A stretch of 64,000 nucleotides of DNA. Origin: an uncultured Gammaproteobacteria bacterium (lineage in GTDB: Bacteria > Patescibacteriota > Patescibacteriia > SG8-24 > DYFX01). Made by a program: the position numbers and the translations under genes. The notes under the pieces are model-generated. The model had not been told where the DNA came from and ran no database searches. It saw only the letters and a program-made list of their open reading frames with translations. Positions 18,071-25,926 of the stretch are shown piece by piece. The DNA lies in contig CAYOJH010000004.1 of NCBI GenBank assembly GCA_964404275.1, positions 5,172 through 69,171 of the forward strand, in the 5' to 3' direction. Each line of letters begins with the position of its first letter. The first letter of the stretch is position 1.

Positions 18071-18943
18071 ATGAAGATCCGCAAAGCCATCCTGCCCGTC
18101 GCCGGCATGGGAACCCGCTTCCTGCCCGCCACCAAGGCCCAGCCGAAAGAGATGCTCACGATCGTGGACAAGCCCGTGATCCAGTACGTCGTGGAAGAAG
18201 CCGTCGCGTCCGGCATCGAGGAGATCATCTTCGTGACCTCGCTCACCAAGCGCGCGATCGAGGATCATTTCGACCGCAACTTCGAGCTCGAAATGCGCCT
18301 CAAGGAAAAGGACCGCAAGAACGATCTGGCGGAACTCAAGAAGATTTCGAATCTCGCCAAGTTCGCCTTCGTCCGCCAACAAGCGCCGCTCGGCGACGGC
18401 CACGCCATCCTGGCCGCCCTGCCGTTCGTCGATCCGAAAGAGCCGGTCGCGATCCTGTTCGGCGACGACATCTTCGACGCGCGGATTCCCGTCACGGCCC
18501 AGCTGATCGACGCCTACGACAAATACCACGATCCGATCATCGCGCTCTGCGACGTCGGCAGGAAGAACGTCTCGAGTTACGGCATCGCCAGCGGCACAAT
18601 GACCTCGAAGTCGATCATGGAACTCAACGGCTTCGTCGAGAAGCCGCGAGCCGAAGAAGCGCCTTCGACGCTGGCCGCGGTCGGCCGGTACATCATCACG
18701 CCGGAGATCATGGAGATCCTGAAGACCCAGAAGCCCGGCAAAGACGGCGAGATCCGGCTGGCCGACGCTTTCATCACCCATCTCTCGAGAGGCGCCGCCA
18801 TGTACGGCCGCCTCGCCGACGCCGTCCGTTACGACTGCGGCAACAAATCCCAATTCCTCCTGGCCAACGTCGCCTACGGCCTCCGCCACGCCCAGGTCGC
18901 TCCCGACTTCAAGAAAGGCCTCAAGAAACTTCTTTCGCACTGA
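18071..18943 (+). CDS. galU: UTP--glucose-1-phosphate uridylyltransferase
   Basis: N-terminal AILPVAGMGTRFLPATKAQPKEML nucleotidyltransferase signature. Confidence 0.85.
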   Translation: MKIRKAILPVAGMGTRFLPATKAQPKEMLTIVDKPVIQYVVEEAVASGIEEIIFVTSLTKRAIEDHFDRNFELEMRLKEKDRKNDLAELKKISNLAKFAFVRQQAPLGDGHAILAALPFVDPKEPVAILFGDDIFDARIPVTAQLIDAYDKYHDPIIALCDVGRKNVSSYGIASGTMTSKSIMELNGFVEKPRAEEAPSTLAAVGRYIITPEIMEILKTQKPGKDGEIRLADAFITHLSRGAAMYGRLADAVRYDCGNKSQFLLANVAYGLRHAQVAPDFKKGLKKLLSH

Positions 18944-18948
18944 GCCCT

Positions 18949-20343
18949 ATGAACCTTCGCACGCGCTTCGCCGCCGCCGTCCTCCTGGCCGCTTTGGTCG
19001 TGAGCGGCGCCGGCTGCTTCTCGGCCAGCGTCACCGCGCCGCCAGCTTCGTCAAAACCGATCACGCTCACCTATTGGCGCGTGCTTGATGACGGCGACGC
19101 GTTCGACGAGATCATCAGCGCCTATCGCGCGCTGCATCCGAACGTGACGATCAATTACCGCAAGCTGCGGCTCGACGAATACGAGAACGCGCTGGTCAAC
19201 GCGCTGGCGGAAGACCGCGGCCCGGACATTCTCTCGGTGCATAACGACTGGATGCGCGCCTATCAGCCCAAGCTCCTGCCCGCGCCCGCCTCGGTCAAAC
19301 TCGCCTTCCGCGAAGTCCAGGGCATCCAGAAAAATCAGGTCTGGGTCGAAAAGACGCTGCCGATGATCACGCCCGCGCAGGTCAAAGACCAGTTCGTCGA
19401 CCAGGTCGGGCACGACGTCGTCATCAAAGGCCCGGCGAGCGATCCGAAGAAAGGCATCGTCGACCAGCTCTGGGGCTTGCCGATGGCGCTCGACACGATG
19501 GTGCTCTATTACAACAAGGACGTCCTGAACGCCGCCGGCATCCCGACGCCAGCCACGACCTGGGCCGAATTCCAGGATCACGTGAAGCGCCTGACGAAAT
19601 ACGACAGCCAAGGCAAGCTGGTCAAGCCGGCCGCCGGCATCGGCACCTCGCAGAACGTCGAGCGCTCGTTCGATCTTCTCTCGCTTCTCATGATGCAGAA
19701 CGGCGCGCAGATGGCGGACGGGAACGGCCTGCCGACCTTCAACCGCACGCCGGCGGACATGACCCGCGACACCCCGCCGGGCGACGAAGCCCTGATCTTC
19801 TACACGGACTTCGCCAACCCTTCCAAGGAAGTCTTCACCTGGGACGACACCCAGCCGAATTCCTACGACGCCTTCGTGTCCGGCAAAACCGCCTACTTCT
19901 TCGGCTACGCCTACCACCTGCCGATGATCCGCGCCCAGGCGCCGAAACTGAATTTCGGCATCGCCAACATCCCGCAGATCGATCCGGCCAACAAAGTGAA
20001 CTTCGCCAACTACTGGGTCGAAGCGGTCTCGAAGAAGACGAAGTATCCCGATGTGGCCTGGGACTTCCTCCAGTTCGCCGCCAAGGCCGACCAAGCCAAG
20101 ACGTATCTGGCCAAAACGGGTCGGCCGACGGCCCTCCGCAGCCTGGTCAACACCCAGCTGTCCGATCCCGATCTCGGCGTCTTCGCCTCGCAGGTCCTGA
20201 CCGCCAAGAGCTGGTACCAGGGCGCGAACATCAAGGCGACTGAATCCGCCTTCGACGAGATGATCGACACGACCCTGGCCGGCACCCCGCCCGAACGCGC
20301 CACCGACCTGGCGGCCCAGACGATCGCGCAGACGGTGCACTGA
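18949..20343 (+). CDS. ABC transporter solute-binding lipoprotein (family 1, carbohydrate-type)
   Basis: lipobox LVVSGAGC; SBP_bac_1-like length and motifs; listed ORF from 17698 is an upstream extension. Confidence 0.7.
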   Translation: MNLRTRFAAAVLLAALVVSGAGCFSASVTAPPASSKPITLTYWRVLDDGDAFDEIISAYRALHPNVTINYRKLRLDEYENALVNALAEDRGPDILSVHNDWMRAYQPKLLPAPASVKLAFREVQGIQKNQVWVEKTLPMITPAQVKDQFVDQVGHDVVIKGPASDPKKGIVDQLWGLPMALDTMVLYYNKDVLNAAGIPTPATTWAEFQDHVKRLTKYDSQGKLVKPAAGIGTSQNVERSFDLLSLLMMQNGAQMADGNGLPTFNRTPADMTRDTPPGDEALIFYTDFANPSKEVFTWDDTQPNSYDAFVSGKTAYFFGYAYHLPMIRAQAPKLNFGIANIPQIDPANKVNFANYWVEAVSKKTKYPDVAWDFLQFAAKADQAKTYLAKTGRPTALRSLVNTQLSDPDLGVFASQVLTAKSWYQGANIKATESAFDEMIDTTLAGTPPERATDLAAQTIAQTVH

Positions 20344-20359
20344 CAACTCTCCGCATCCA

Positions 20360-20456
20360 CAACTCCCCCTGCCCCCTCTTTAGCAAAGAGGGGGTTTTGG
20401 TTAAAAAATGTCCTCCCCTTTGCTAAAGGGGAGGTGCCGAAGGCGGAGGGGTTGTG
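20360..20456. repeat. ~100-bp double-hairpin repeat element, copy 1 (upstream flank of pilin array)
   Basis: CAACTCCCCCTGCCCCCTCTTTAGCAAAGAGGGGG...CCTCCCCTTTGCTAAAGGGGAGGTGCCGAAGGCGGAGGGGTTGTG; near-identical to 25732..25830. Confidence 0.85.
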
Positions 20457-20472
20457 TTACACTATTTTCACT

Positions 20473-21105
20473 ATGAAGCGTTTTCTCCGCGTCGCCTTGC
20501 CCGTCGCGCTCGTGCTCGTTCCGGTGGCCGTTTCGGCCATCACGATCCTGCCTCCTTGCACGGCCACGGGCGATTGCGGCGTGACGGATATCCTGGCCGT
20601 GCTGGTCAACGTGGCCGAATACCTGCTGGGCATTTCGGGCGCGGTCGCGCTGGCGATGTTCGTCTACGGCGGCTTCACCTTCGTGCTCGCGGCCGGCGAT
20701 AAAACGAAAGTCGGCAAGGCGATCGGCATCCTGAAGAGCGCGGTCATCGGCATCGCCATCATTTTCCTCTCCGGCGTGATCGTGCGCTTCGCGACGAAAG
20801 CGCTGACCGGCGGCAGCTCGGCCATCCCGACCGTCGGCGAGAACTGCGACCCCATCTCGAAAAAGAGCGCGTCGGGAGGAGCCGGCCTCTGGATTTCCGT
20901 GCCGCCCGGCGTCGACGACAACGGCAAGCTCTTGCCGGAACAGTTGATGTGCATCCACAAGAAAGGCGGCTGCGCGGAACTTCAAGGCGTGCTGACCAGC
21001 CGGCATCGATTGGAAAAATATTCTTGCAAAGCGATCAACACCGCCGCGAGCTGCGTGCGCAGCCTATGCCCAGAGCAAGGCGCCGACTACGCCTGCTGCC
21101 TCTGA
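20473..21105 (+). CDS. VirB2/TrbC-like ('T4SS pilin'-like) secreted membrane protein, paralog 1, with C-terminal Cys-rich extension
   Basis: signal peptide; hydrophobic helix-charged loop-helix core ...FVYGGFTFVLAAGDKTKVGKAIGILKSAVIGIAIIFLSGVIV. Confidence 0.65.
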   Translation: MKRFLRVALPVALVLVPVAVSAITILPPCTATGDCGVTDILAVLVNVAEYLLGISGAVALAMFVYGGFTFVLAAGDKTKVGKAIGILKSAVIGIAIIFLSGVIVRFATKALTGGSSAIPTVGENCDPISKKSASGGAGLWISVPPGVDDNGKLLPEQLMCIHKKGGCAELQGVLTSRHRLEKYSCKAINTAASCVRSLCPEQGADYACCL

Positions 21106-21106
21106 T

Positions 21107-22117
21107 ATGAAACGCCTTTCCGTATGTATCGCCGCGATCGTCTTCGGACTTTCTTTGGCGCCGGCGGCCTTCGCCCTCACTCTCCCTTGCTATTGCAAAT
21201 ACGGGGCGAGCAAGGCCGGCTGGGATTCGGATTCGGCGCGTTTCTGCCCGAATGAAACGTATTTCTCGGGTACCGTCGATGCCGGCACGTTCCCGCTCTC
21301 CTATGGCAGCACGGCTGACGACAACTGCCAGGCGCGTTGCGCCTCGGAGGGATCCGCCTTTGTCGATATTACGACCGTTTCTCCGAGTCAGTGGGCTTCC
21401 TTCGGGAGTTCAGACAACCTGGTGCTGGCGGAAAAAAGCTACTGCGTGCTCCGCTCGGACAGCGCCGCGACGGTCCAAGGCTGGTCTTCCAGCTACTTGA
21501 GCTGCAAAAAACCGCTCAACAGCATCGTCTATAAGGACAATCCGACCGGCCAGGTTCCGGACAGCTGCTCGTATTGCTTCTGCAAGTTCAAGACGGGCGG
21601 CTCGACGCCCTCGAGCTGCAGCGGAAAAACGACGATGGTCCACATCACCGGCGACGCGAGCACGTGTTCGAACATCTGCACGAGCTTCGGCCTCGACAAC
21701 GGCGACAGCACGAAAGACTACGGCAGCCATTGCGATTTCCAGCTTTCCGACCAGTGCGCGAAGCCGCTTAACCCCGACGGGAGCGGCTGCCAGTCCGAGC
21801 TCGGGGCCATTTCCGATCAGAAGAAAGCCGACGCCTTCCAGGCCAGCCATGGCACCGCGCTCGGTTTGACGCTGCCGCTCGGCGACATCACCTTTCCGCA
21901 GCTGATCGGCCGCGTCATCAAGCAGCTGCTCGGCATCGTCGGCGCCTTGGCGCTCGTCTTCTTCATCTGGGGCGGCCTCAAATACATGACGGCCCAAGGC
22001 GACGACAAGAAAATCAAAGAGGCGCGCGACATGATCGTCGCCGCCATTTCCGGCTTGGCCGCGATCTTCCTGTCCTACGCGCTCCTGACACTGCTCATCA
22101 ATACGCTGTCGAAATAG
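21107..22117 (+). CDS. VirB2/TrbC-like pilin paralog 2 with large N-terminal Cys-rich domain
   Basis: signal peptide, ~20 Cys, C-terminal core LLGIVGALALVFFIWGGLKYMTAQGDDKKIKEARDMIVAAISGLAAIFLSYALL. Confidence 0.65.
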   Translation: MKRLSVCIAAIVFGLSLAPAAFALTLPCYCKYGASKAGWDSDSARFCPNETYFSGTVDAGTFPLSYGSTADDNCQARCASEGSAFVDITTVSPSQWASFGSSDNLVLAEKSYCVLRSDSAATVQGWSSSYLSCKKPLNSIVYKDNPTGQVPDSCSYCFCKFKTGGSTPSSCSGKTTMVHITGDASTCSNICTSFGLDNGDSTKDYGSHCDFQLSDQCAKPLNPDGSGCQSELGAISDQKKADAFQASHGTALGLTLPLGDITFPQLIGRVIKQLLGIVGALALVFFIWGGLKYMTAQGDDKKIKEARDMIVAAISGLAAIFLSYALLTLLINTLSK

Positions 22118-22118
22118 T

Positions 22119-22487
22119 ATGAAACGCAAGATTGCCCGCCTTCTCTCGACGCTCGTCATCTTCGCCGCAAGCGCGTCCGGAGCCTTGGCCGATACCGGTT
22201 CAAGTGCCACGAGTTCCTCCGACAAGACCGTCAGATTGGTGAATCCGCTTAACGTTTCGACGGTGCCCCAGCTCGTGGCCAACCTGCTCAAGGCCGCCAT
22301 GGGGATCATCGGCGCCTTGGCACTCTTGGTCTTCATCTACGGGGGATTCATTTGGTTGACCTCGGGAGGCGAGGCTGGTAAAATTCAGGCAGGCAAAGAC
22401 GCCATGAAGTGGGCGGCGATCGGACTCGTCGTGATCTTCACCAGTTACGCGCTCGTCAGTTTCGTGTTCAAAGCGATAACGGGCTAA
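22119..22487 (+). CDS. VirB2/TrbC-like pilin paralog 3
   Basis: signal peptide + core GIIGALALLVFIYGGFIWLTSGGEAGKIQAGKDAMKWAAIGLVVIFTSYALV. Confidence 0.65.
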   Translation: MKRKIARLLSTLVIFAASASGALADTGSSATSSSDKTVRLVNPLNVSTVPQLVANLLKAAMGIIGALALLVFIYGGFIWLTSGGEAGKIQAGKDAMKWAAIGLVVIFTSYALVSFVFKAITG

Positions 22488-22509
22488 CGCCTGAAAGGAG
22501 GTGAGTTGC

Positions 22510-22899
22510 ATGACGAAAAAAACGCTTATCAAGGGTCTGATCAGCACGGCAATGGTTGCGACAATGGCGCTCCCCATGGTCGCTTTGGCTCAAAACCCCG
22601 TGACGTCCAACGAACTTCTGCCCGGCCAGATCGCCACCGAGCTCGGCCAGCAGCAGCAGGACCTGCGCATCACCATCGCGAGAATCATCCGCACGGCCAT
22701 GAGCCTTCTGGGCATCGTCGCCGTTCTGATCATTCTGTACGGCGGCTTCAAGTGGATGACCTCCGGCGGATCCGACGAAGCCACGGGCGACGCGAAGAAG
22801 ATCATTACGGCCGGCGTGATCGGTCTCGTGATCATTCTGACCGCGTACGCGATCGCTTCCTTCGTGATCAACAGCCTCGTAACCGCGACCTCCCAGTAA
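22510..22899 (+). CDS. VirB2/TrbC-like pilin paralog 4
   Basis: RBS AAAGGAGGTGA 8 nt upstream; core LLGIVAVLIILYGGFKWMTSGGSDEATGDAKKIITAGVIGLVIILTAYAIA. Confidence 0.65.
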   Translation: MTKKTLIKGLISTAMVATMALPMVALAQNPVTSNELLPGQIATELGQQQQDLRITIARIIRTAMSLLGIVAVLIILYGGFKWMTSGGSDEATGDAKKIITAGVIGLVIILTAYAIASFVINSLVTATSQ

Positions 22900-22910
22900 C
22901 GCATCTTTAC

Positions 22911-22982
22911 GCGACCCTGCACCGTATGGTGCAGGGTCGTCGCAAGGACTCGGGAAATGCCCTGCACCGTACGGTGCAGGGC
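22911..22982 (+). repeat. two tandem hairpins CCCTGCACC-N4/5-GGTGCAGGG between pilin paralogs 4 and 5, no T-tract
   Basis: same hairpin family as 3903 and 44355. Confidence 0.6.
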
Positions 22983-23013
22983 GCCTCCGGACTCCTTGAA
23001 CCTCGAACCACGT

Positions 23014-23514
23014 ATGCGCTTGAAACGCATTCTCCTCCCCGCGCTCTGCCTGGCGGCGACCGCCCTGATGGCGATCCCGCTCGCCCACGCAGCCAGCGAC
23101 CATTTCGGACTCGACACCGCCGCCGGCGGCGCCGGCCTCAAGAATCTGGACTTGCCGACGACGATCGGCGTCCTGATCAAGAGCGTGCTCAGCTTCCTCG
23201 GCATCCTCTTCCTGGTACTCACGCTCTACGCCGGCTTCCTCTACATGACGGCCCAAGGCGACGAGAAGAAGGTCGCCAAGGCCAAGAGCATCGTGACCGG
23301 CGCGGTCATCGGCCTGGTCATCATCGCCGCCTCCTACGCGATCACGAGCTTCGTCCTCGGCGCGATCACCGGCACCGCGAGCACGTCCAACACCTCGAAC
23401 ACTTCCAATACGTCGACGATCGGCACGGTCCAGAAAGGCGGCGCGTGCACGAGCGGAAGCGATTGCGCCGCCGGCCTGATCTGCGACATCGGAGGATCCA
23501 ATACCTGCATCTGA
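23014..23514 (+). CDS. VirB2/TrbC-like pilin paralog 5 with C-terminal (TSN)n repeat and Cys-containing tail
   Basis: core FLGILFLVLTLYAGFLYMTAQGDEKKVAKAKSIVTGAVIGLVIIAASYAIT. Confidence 0.65.
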   Translation: MRLKRILLPALCLAATALMAIPLAHAASDHFGLDTAAGGAGLKNLDLPTTIGVLIKSVLSFLGILFLVLTLYAGFLYMTAQGDEKKVAKAKSIVTGAVIGLVIIAASYAITSFVLGAITGTASTSNTSNTSNTSTIGTVQKGGACTSGSDCAAGLICDIGGSNTCI

Positions 23515-23515
23515 T

Positions 23516-23854
23516 ATGCGCACTCTCCACAAACTCGCCCAGGACTTCGGAGCCGGAAATCTCAAAACCGTCGGCGATACGGCCAAGATCACCTCGAACG
23601 TCACGCTGCCCGTCCTGATCGGCAACCTGATCCGCACGTTCATCGGGCTCCTCGGCATCATCTTCCTCCTGCTCACGGTCTACGCCGGTTTCCTCTGGCT
23701 GACGGCCCAAGGCGACGAGAAGAAGGTCGAGCATGCCAAAGGCCTGCTCAAGAACGCCGTGATCGGCCTCGTGATCATCGCCGCCGCCTACGCCATCTCC
23801 GCCTTCGTCGTCAACGCGCTCGCCCACGTGGCCGGCGGCACGAATCCCACCTAA
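23516..23854 (+). CDS. VirB2/TrbC-like pilin paralog 6
   Basis: core FIGLLGIIFLLLTVYAGFLWLTAQGDEKKVEHAKGLLKNAVIGLVIIAAAYAIS. Confidence 0.65.
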   Translation: MRTLHKLAQDFGAGNLKTVGDTAKITSNVTLPVLIGNLIRTFIGLLGIIFLLLTVYAGFLWLTAQGDEKKVEHAKGLLKNAVIGLVIIAAAYAISAFVVNALAHVAGGTNPT

Positions 23855-23876
23855 CCTCGCTCATCATTTACCTTCT

Positions 23877-24299
23877 ATGGCGAAAAAAATCCTTCTGGGG
23901 CTGCTCTCGCTCCTGACCGTCGGCCAAATGGCCTTGGCCGCGCTGCCCGCCGGCGCGCAGGCTCCCTGCGATCCTTCGACCGGCAACTCGCTCGGCTGTC
24001 TCAGCGCCGCGAATCCCAGCAACACGCCGACCGACGCGGTCACGGCCGGCCAGCAGCTGCCGCTCCTGATCGGACGCCTCATCCGCACGATGCTCGGTCT
24101 CCTCGGCATCATCTTCCTGGTCCTGATGGTCTACGCCGGCTTCCTCTGGATGACGGCCCGCGGCGATGACGAACCCGTCACGAAAGCCAAAGACATCATC
24201 CGCCAGGCGATCATCGGCCTCATCATCGTCTTCGTCGCCTACGCCTTGACCGGCTTCATCATCAACGCGGTGCTCCGCGCCACCTCGGGAACGCCATAA
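23877..24299 (+). CDS. VirB2/TrbC-like pilin paralog 7
   Basis: signal peptide; core MLGLLGIIFLVLMVYAGFLWMTARGDDEPVTKAKDIIRQAIIGLIIVFVAYALT. Confidence 0.65.
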   Translation: MAKKILLGLLSLLTVGQMALAALPAGAQAPCDPSTGNSLGCLSAANPSNTPTDAVTAGQQLPLLIGRLIRTMLGLLGIIFLVLMVYAGFLWMTARGDDEPVTKAKDIIRQAIIGLIIVFVAYALTGFIINAVLRATSGTP

Positions 24300-24316
24300 A
24301 CGCTGAAAAAGAAGAA

Positions 24317-24350
24317 CGACCCGCTGTAGAGGCGGGTCGTTTTATTTCTG
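24317..24350. terminator. bidirectional terminator after pilin array
   Basis: gaacgacccgc-tgtagag-gcgggtcgtt + T-run. Confidence 0.55.
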
Positions 24351-24362
24351 AGAGCGTCGGTT

Positions 24363-24987
24363 CTAGGGGAAGTAGAGCTCGGTGACGGGGTTGTTCCACC
24401 ACGTCACGTTGCGATCCTCCATGTTGGCCGTCTGGGTGTAGGTCTTGTCCGGCGACGGATCGAGCTGAGGCCGTTGCCTGGTGCCGATGTTTCGATACGT
24501 CTCGGCGGTCACTTTGGGGTGACGTTCCCAGCCGGTCTCGACGTAGCAGACCTGGCCGGGTGCCAGGACCGATTCGCCGGTCGCGGGATGCCGGAGGCCG
24601 TTGTCGATGAGCACGGGGCGCCCATCGACCTGGAAGGCCAGGAACGTGTTCAGGTCCGCGCCGTGGCAGTTGCCGCCGCCATCGCGCGCGTTGTCGTCGC
24701 AGACCTCGTTGTCCAGCTTGAGCTTTCGCCCGAGCCGCACTTGGCGAGGATCGCCGCCGGCCACGCAGAGATAGGCCTGGACCTGGCCGCGCGCGACCGT
24801 GGTTGCGGTCACGACGTTGCCTCCCTCGTTCTGAATGGGCATGGCCACGGGCGGCGACGGATTCTGCATCGGCAGCGGCGAGCGGAGCTGCGCCATCTCG
24901 GAAGTCGGCGCGGTCGCTTGCTGCGGAGCTTGCGCATAGCAGGCGGCCGCGAACATCGCGATCAGGATGAGCGTGATCTTCTTCATG
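24363..24987 (-). CDS. secreted hypothetical protein
   Basis: signal peptide MKKITLILIAMFAAACYA; listed 444-aa ORF is an upstream artefactual extension. Confidence 0.5.
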
Positions 24988-24988
24988 G

Positions 24989-25603
24989 TCAGTCCTCCTT
25001 GGCGGGTGCGAGGGGCGCTTTCGCAGCGGTCTTCCTCAGCTCTTCGGTGCAGGATTGCACCTCGAGCGCGCGTTCCTTCTCGTTCTTGATGTCCTCCGGG
25101 TGGGCCAGCACCTGTTGGCACTGGACCTCGACGGACTTCTTCACGACCGGCACGAGCGTGTTCGTCTTCTTCTCGACTTGGGCGAGACGATCTTGCATCT
25201 CGCTGATGTCGACGGGCGGTCCGGACGCGGGCGCGTACGAACCGTTCGGCGGCGCGACGGGCGCGACGTACGAACCGATCGCGTTCGGTGCGTAGGCGGT
25301 CATGGTCTCGGGACCGGCGCAATGATCGGGGTTCAGGACGCATCCCGAGCCGCCGATGCCGCCGATGCCGCCGATCATGCCGTAACCGCCGTAGCCGTAT
25401 CCCGTCAGACCCGGATCGCCGATCACGAAGGGAATGCCGGCGCCGAACTGCTGACCGGAAGCATTGGTGGTCACCGTGCTGGTGACGTGGTTCCGGGACG
25501 GGTCGGCATCGTAGGAGAACGTCGTGGACGACGACGCGCGTCCGGCCCCGTAGAGGCAACCGGTCATGAACAGGGAGGCGAGAAACAGGCACACGTTGCG
25601 CAT
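24989..25603 (-). CDS. Gly-rich putative lipoprotein
   Basis: signal peptide with FMTGC lipobox-like motif; GYGYGGYGMIGGIGGIGG repeat. Confidence 0.5.
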   Translation of the reverse strand: MRNVCLFLASLFMTGCLYGAGRASSSTTFSYDADPSRNHVTSTVTTNASGQQFGAGIPFVIGDPGLTGYGYGGYGMIGGIGGIGGSGCVLNPDHCAGPETMTAYAPNAIGSYVAPVAPPNGSYAPASGPPVDISEMQDRLAQVEKKTNTLVPVVKKSVEVQCQQVLAHPEDIKNEKERALEVQSCTEELRKTAAKAPLAPAKED

Positions 25604-25666
25604 GACGGATCCTTTCGGGTGTTTTTCGACGCCCCAGCGAGGCCTTTTGCCTCATTCTGGAACGAG

Positions 25667-25701
25667 TCACTATAGCATAAAAAGGTGGTTTTGTCAATGA
25701 G
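25667..25701 (-). promoter_or_regulatory. strong sigma70-like promoter TTGACAaaacc-N17-TATAGT
   Basis: minus-strand consensus hexamers upstream of 25603 gene. Confidence 0.55.
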
Positions 25702-25731
25702 CTTGGACAGGCGGAACGTCTCCGCGGCCAA

Positions 25732-25830
25732 CAACTCCCCCTGCCCCCTCTTTAGCAAAGAGGGGGTTTTTAAATGTCCTCCCCTTTGCTAAAGGGGAGG
25801 TGCCCGAAGGGCGGAGGGGTTGTGGCCGCG
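25732..25830. repeat. ~100-bp double-hairpin repeat element, copy 2 (downstream flank of pilin array), direct orientation
   Basis: near-identical to 20360..20456. Confidence 0.85.
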
Positions 25831-25926
25831 GGGGGCACAGGGGGTGAGTCTTGAAAATAAGAACGCCTGCCGGGGTGAGCGGCAGGCGTGGATCTAAGAA
25901 AGGAGCGTAAGGAACGGCTGGAGGAA

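Noticed and set aside
16344-18074. 576-aa + strand ORF
   Set aside because: Antisense to two better-supported minus-strand genes (16392-17129, 17289-17984), which have RBSs and a terminator
19051-20346. 431-aa minus-strand ORF
   Set aside because: Antisense to the solute-binding lipoprotein gene
22468-23676. 402-aa minus-strand ORF and other long ORFs antisense to the pilin array
   Set aside because: The + strand pilin genes have signal peptides, tight operon spacing and a conserved domain; the antisense ORFs are low-complexity
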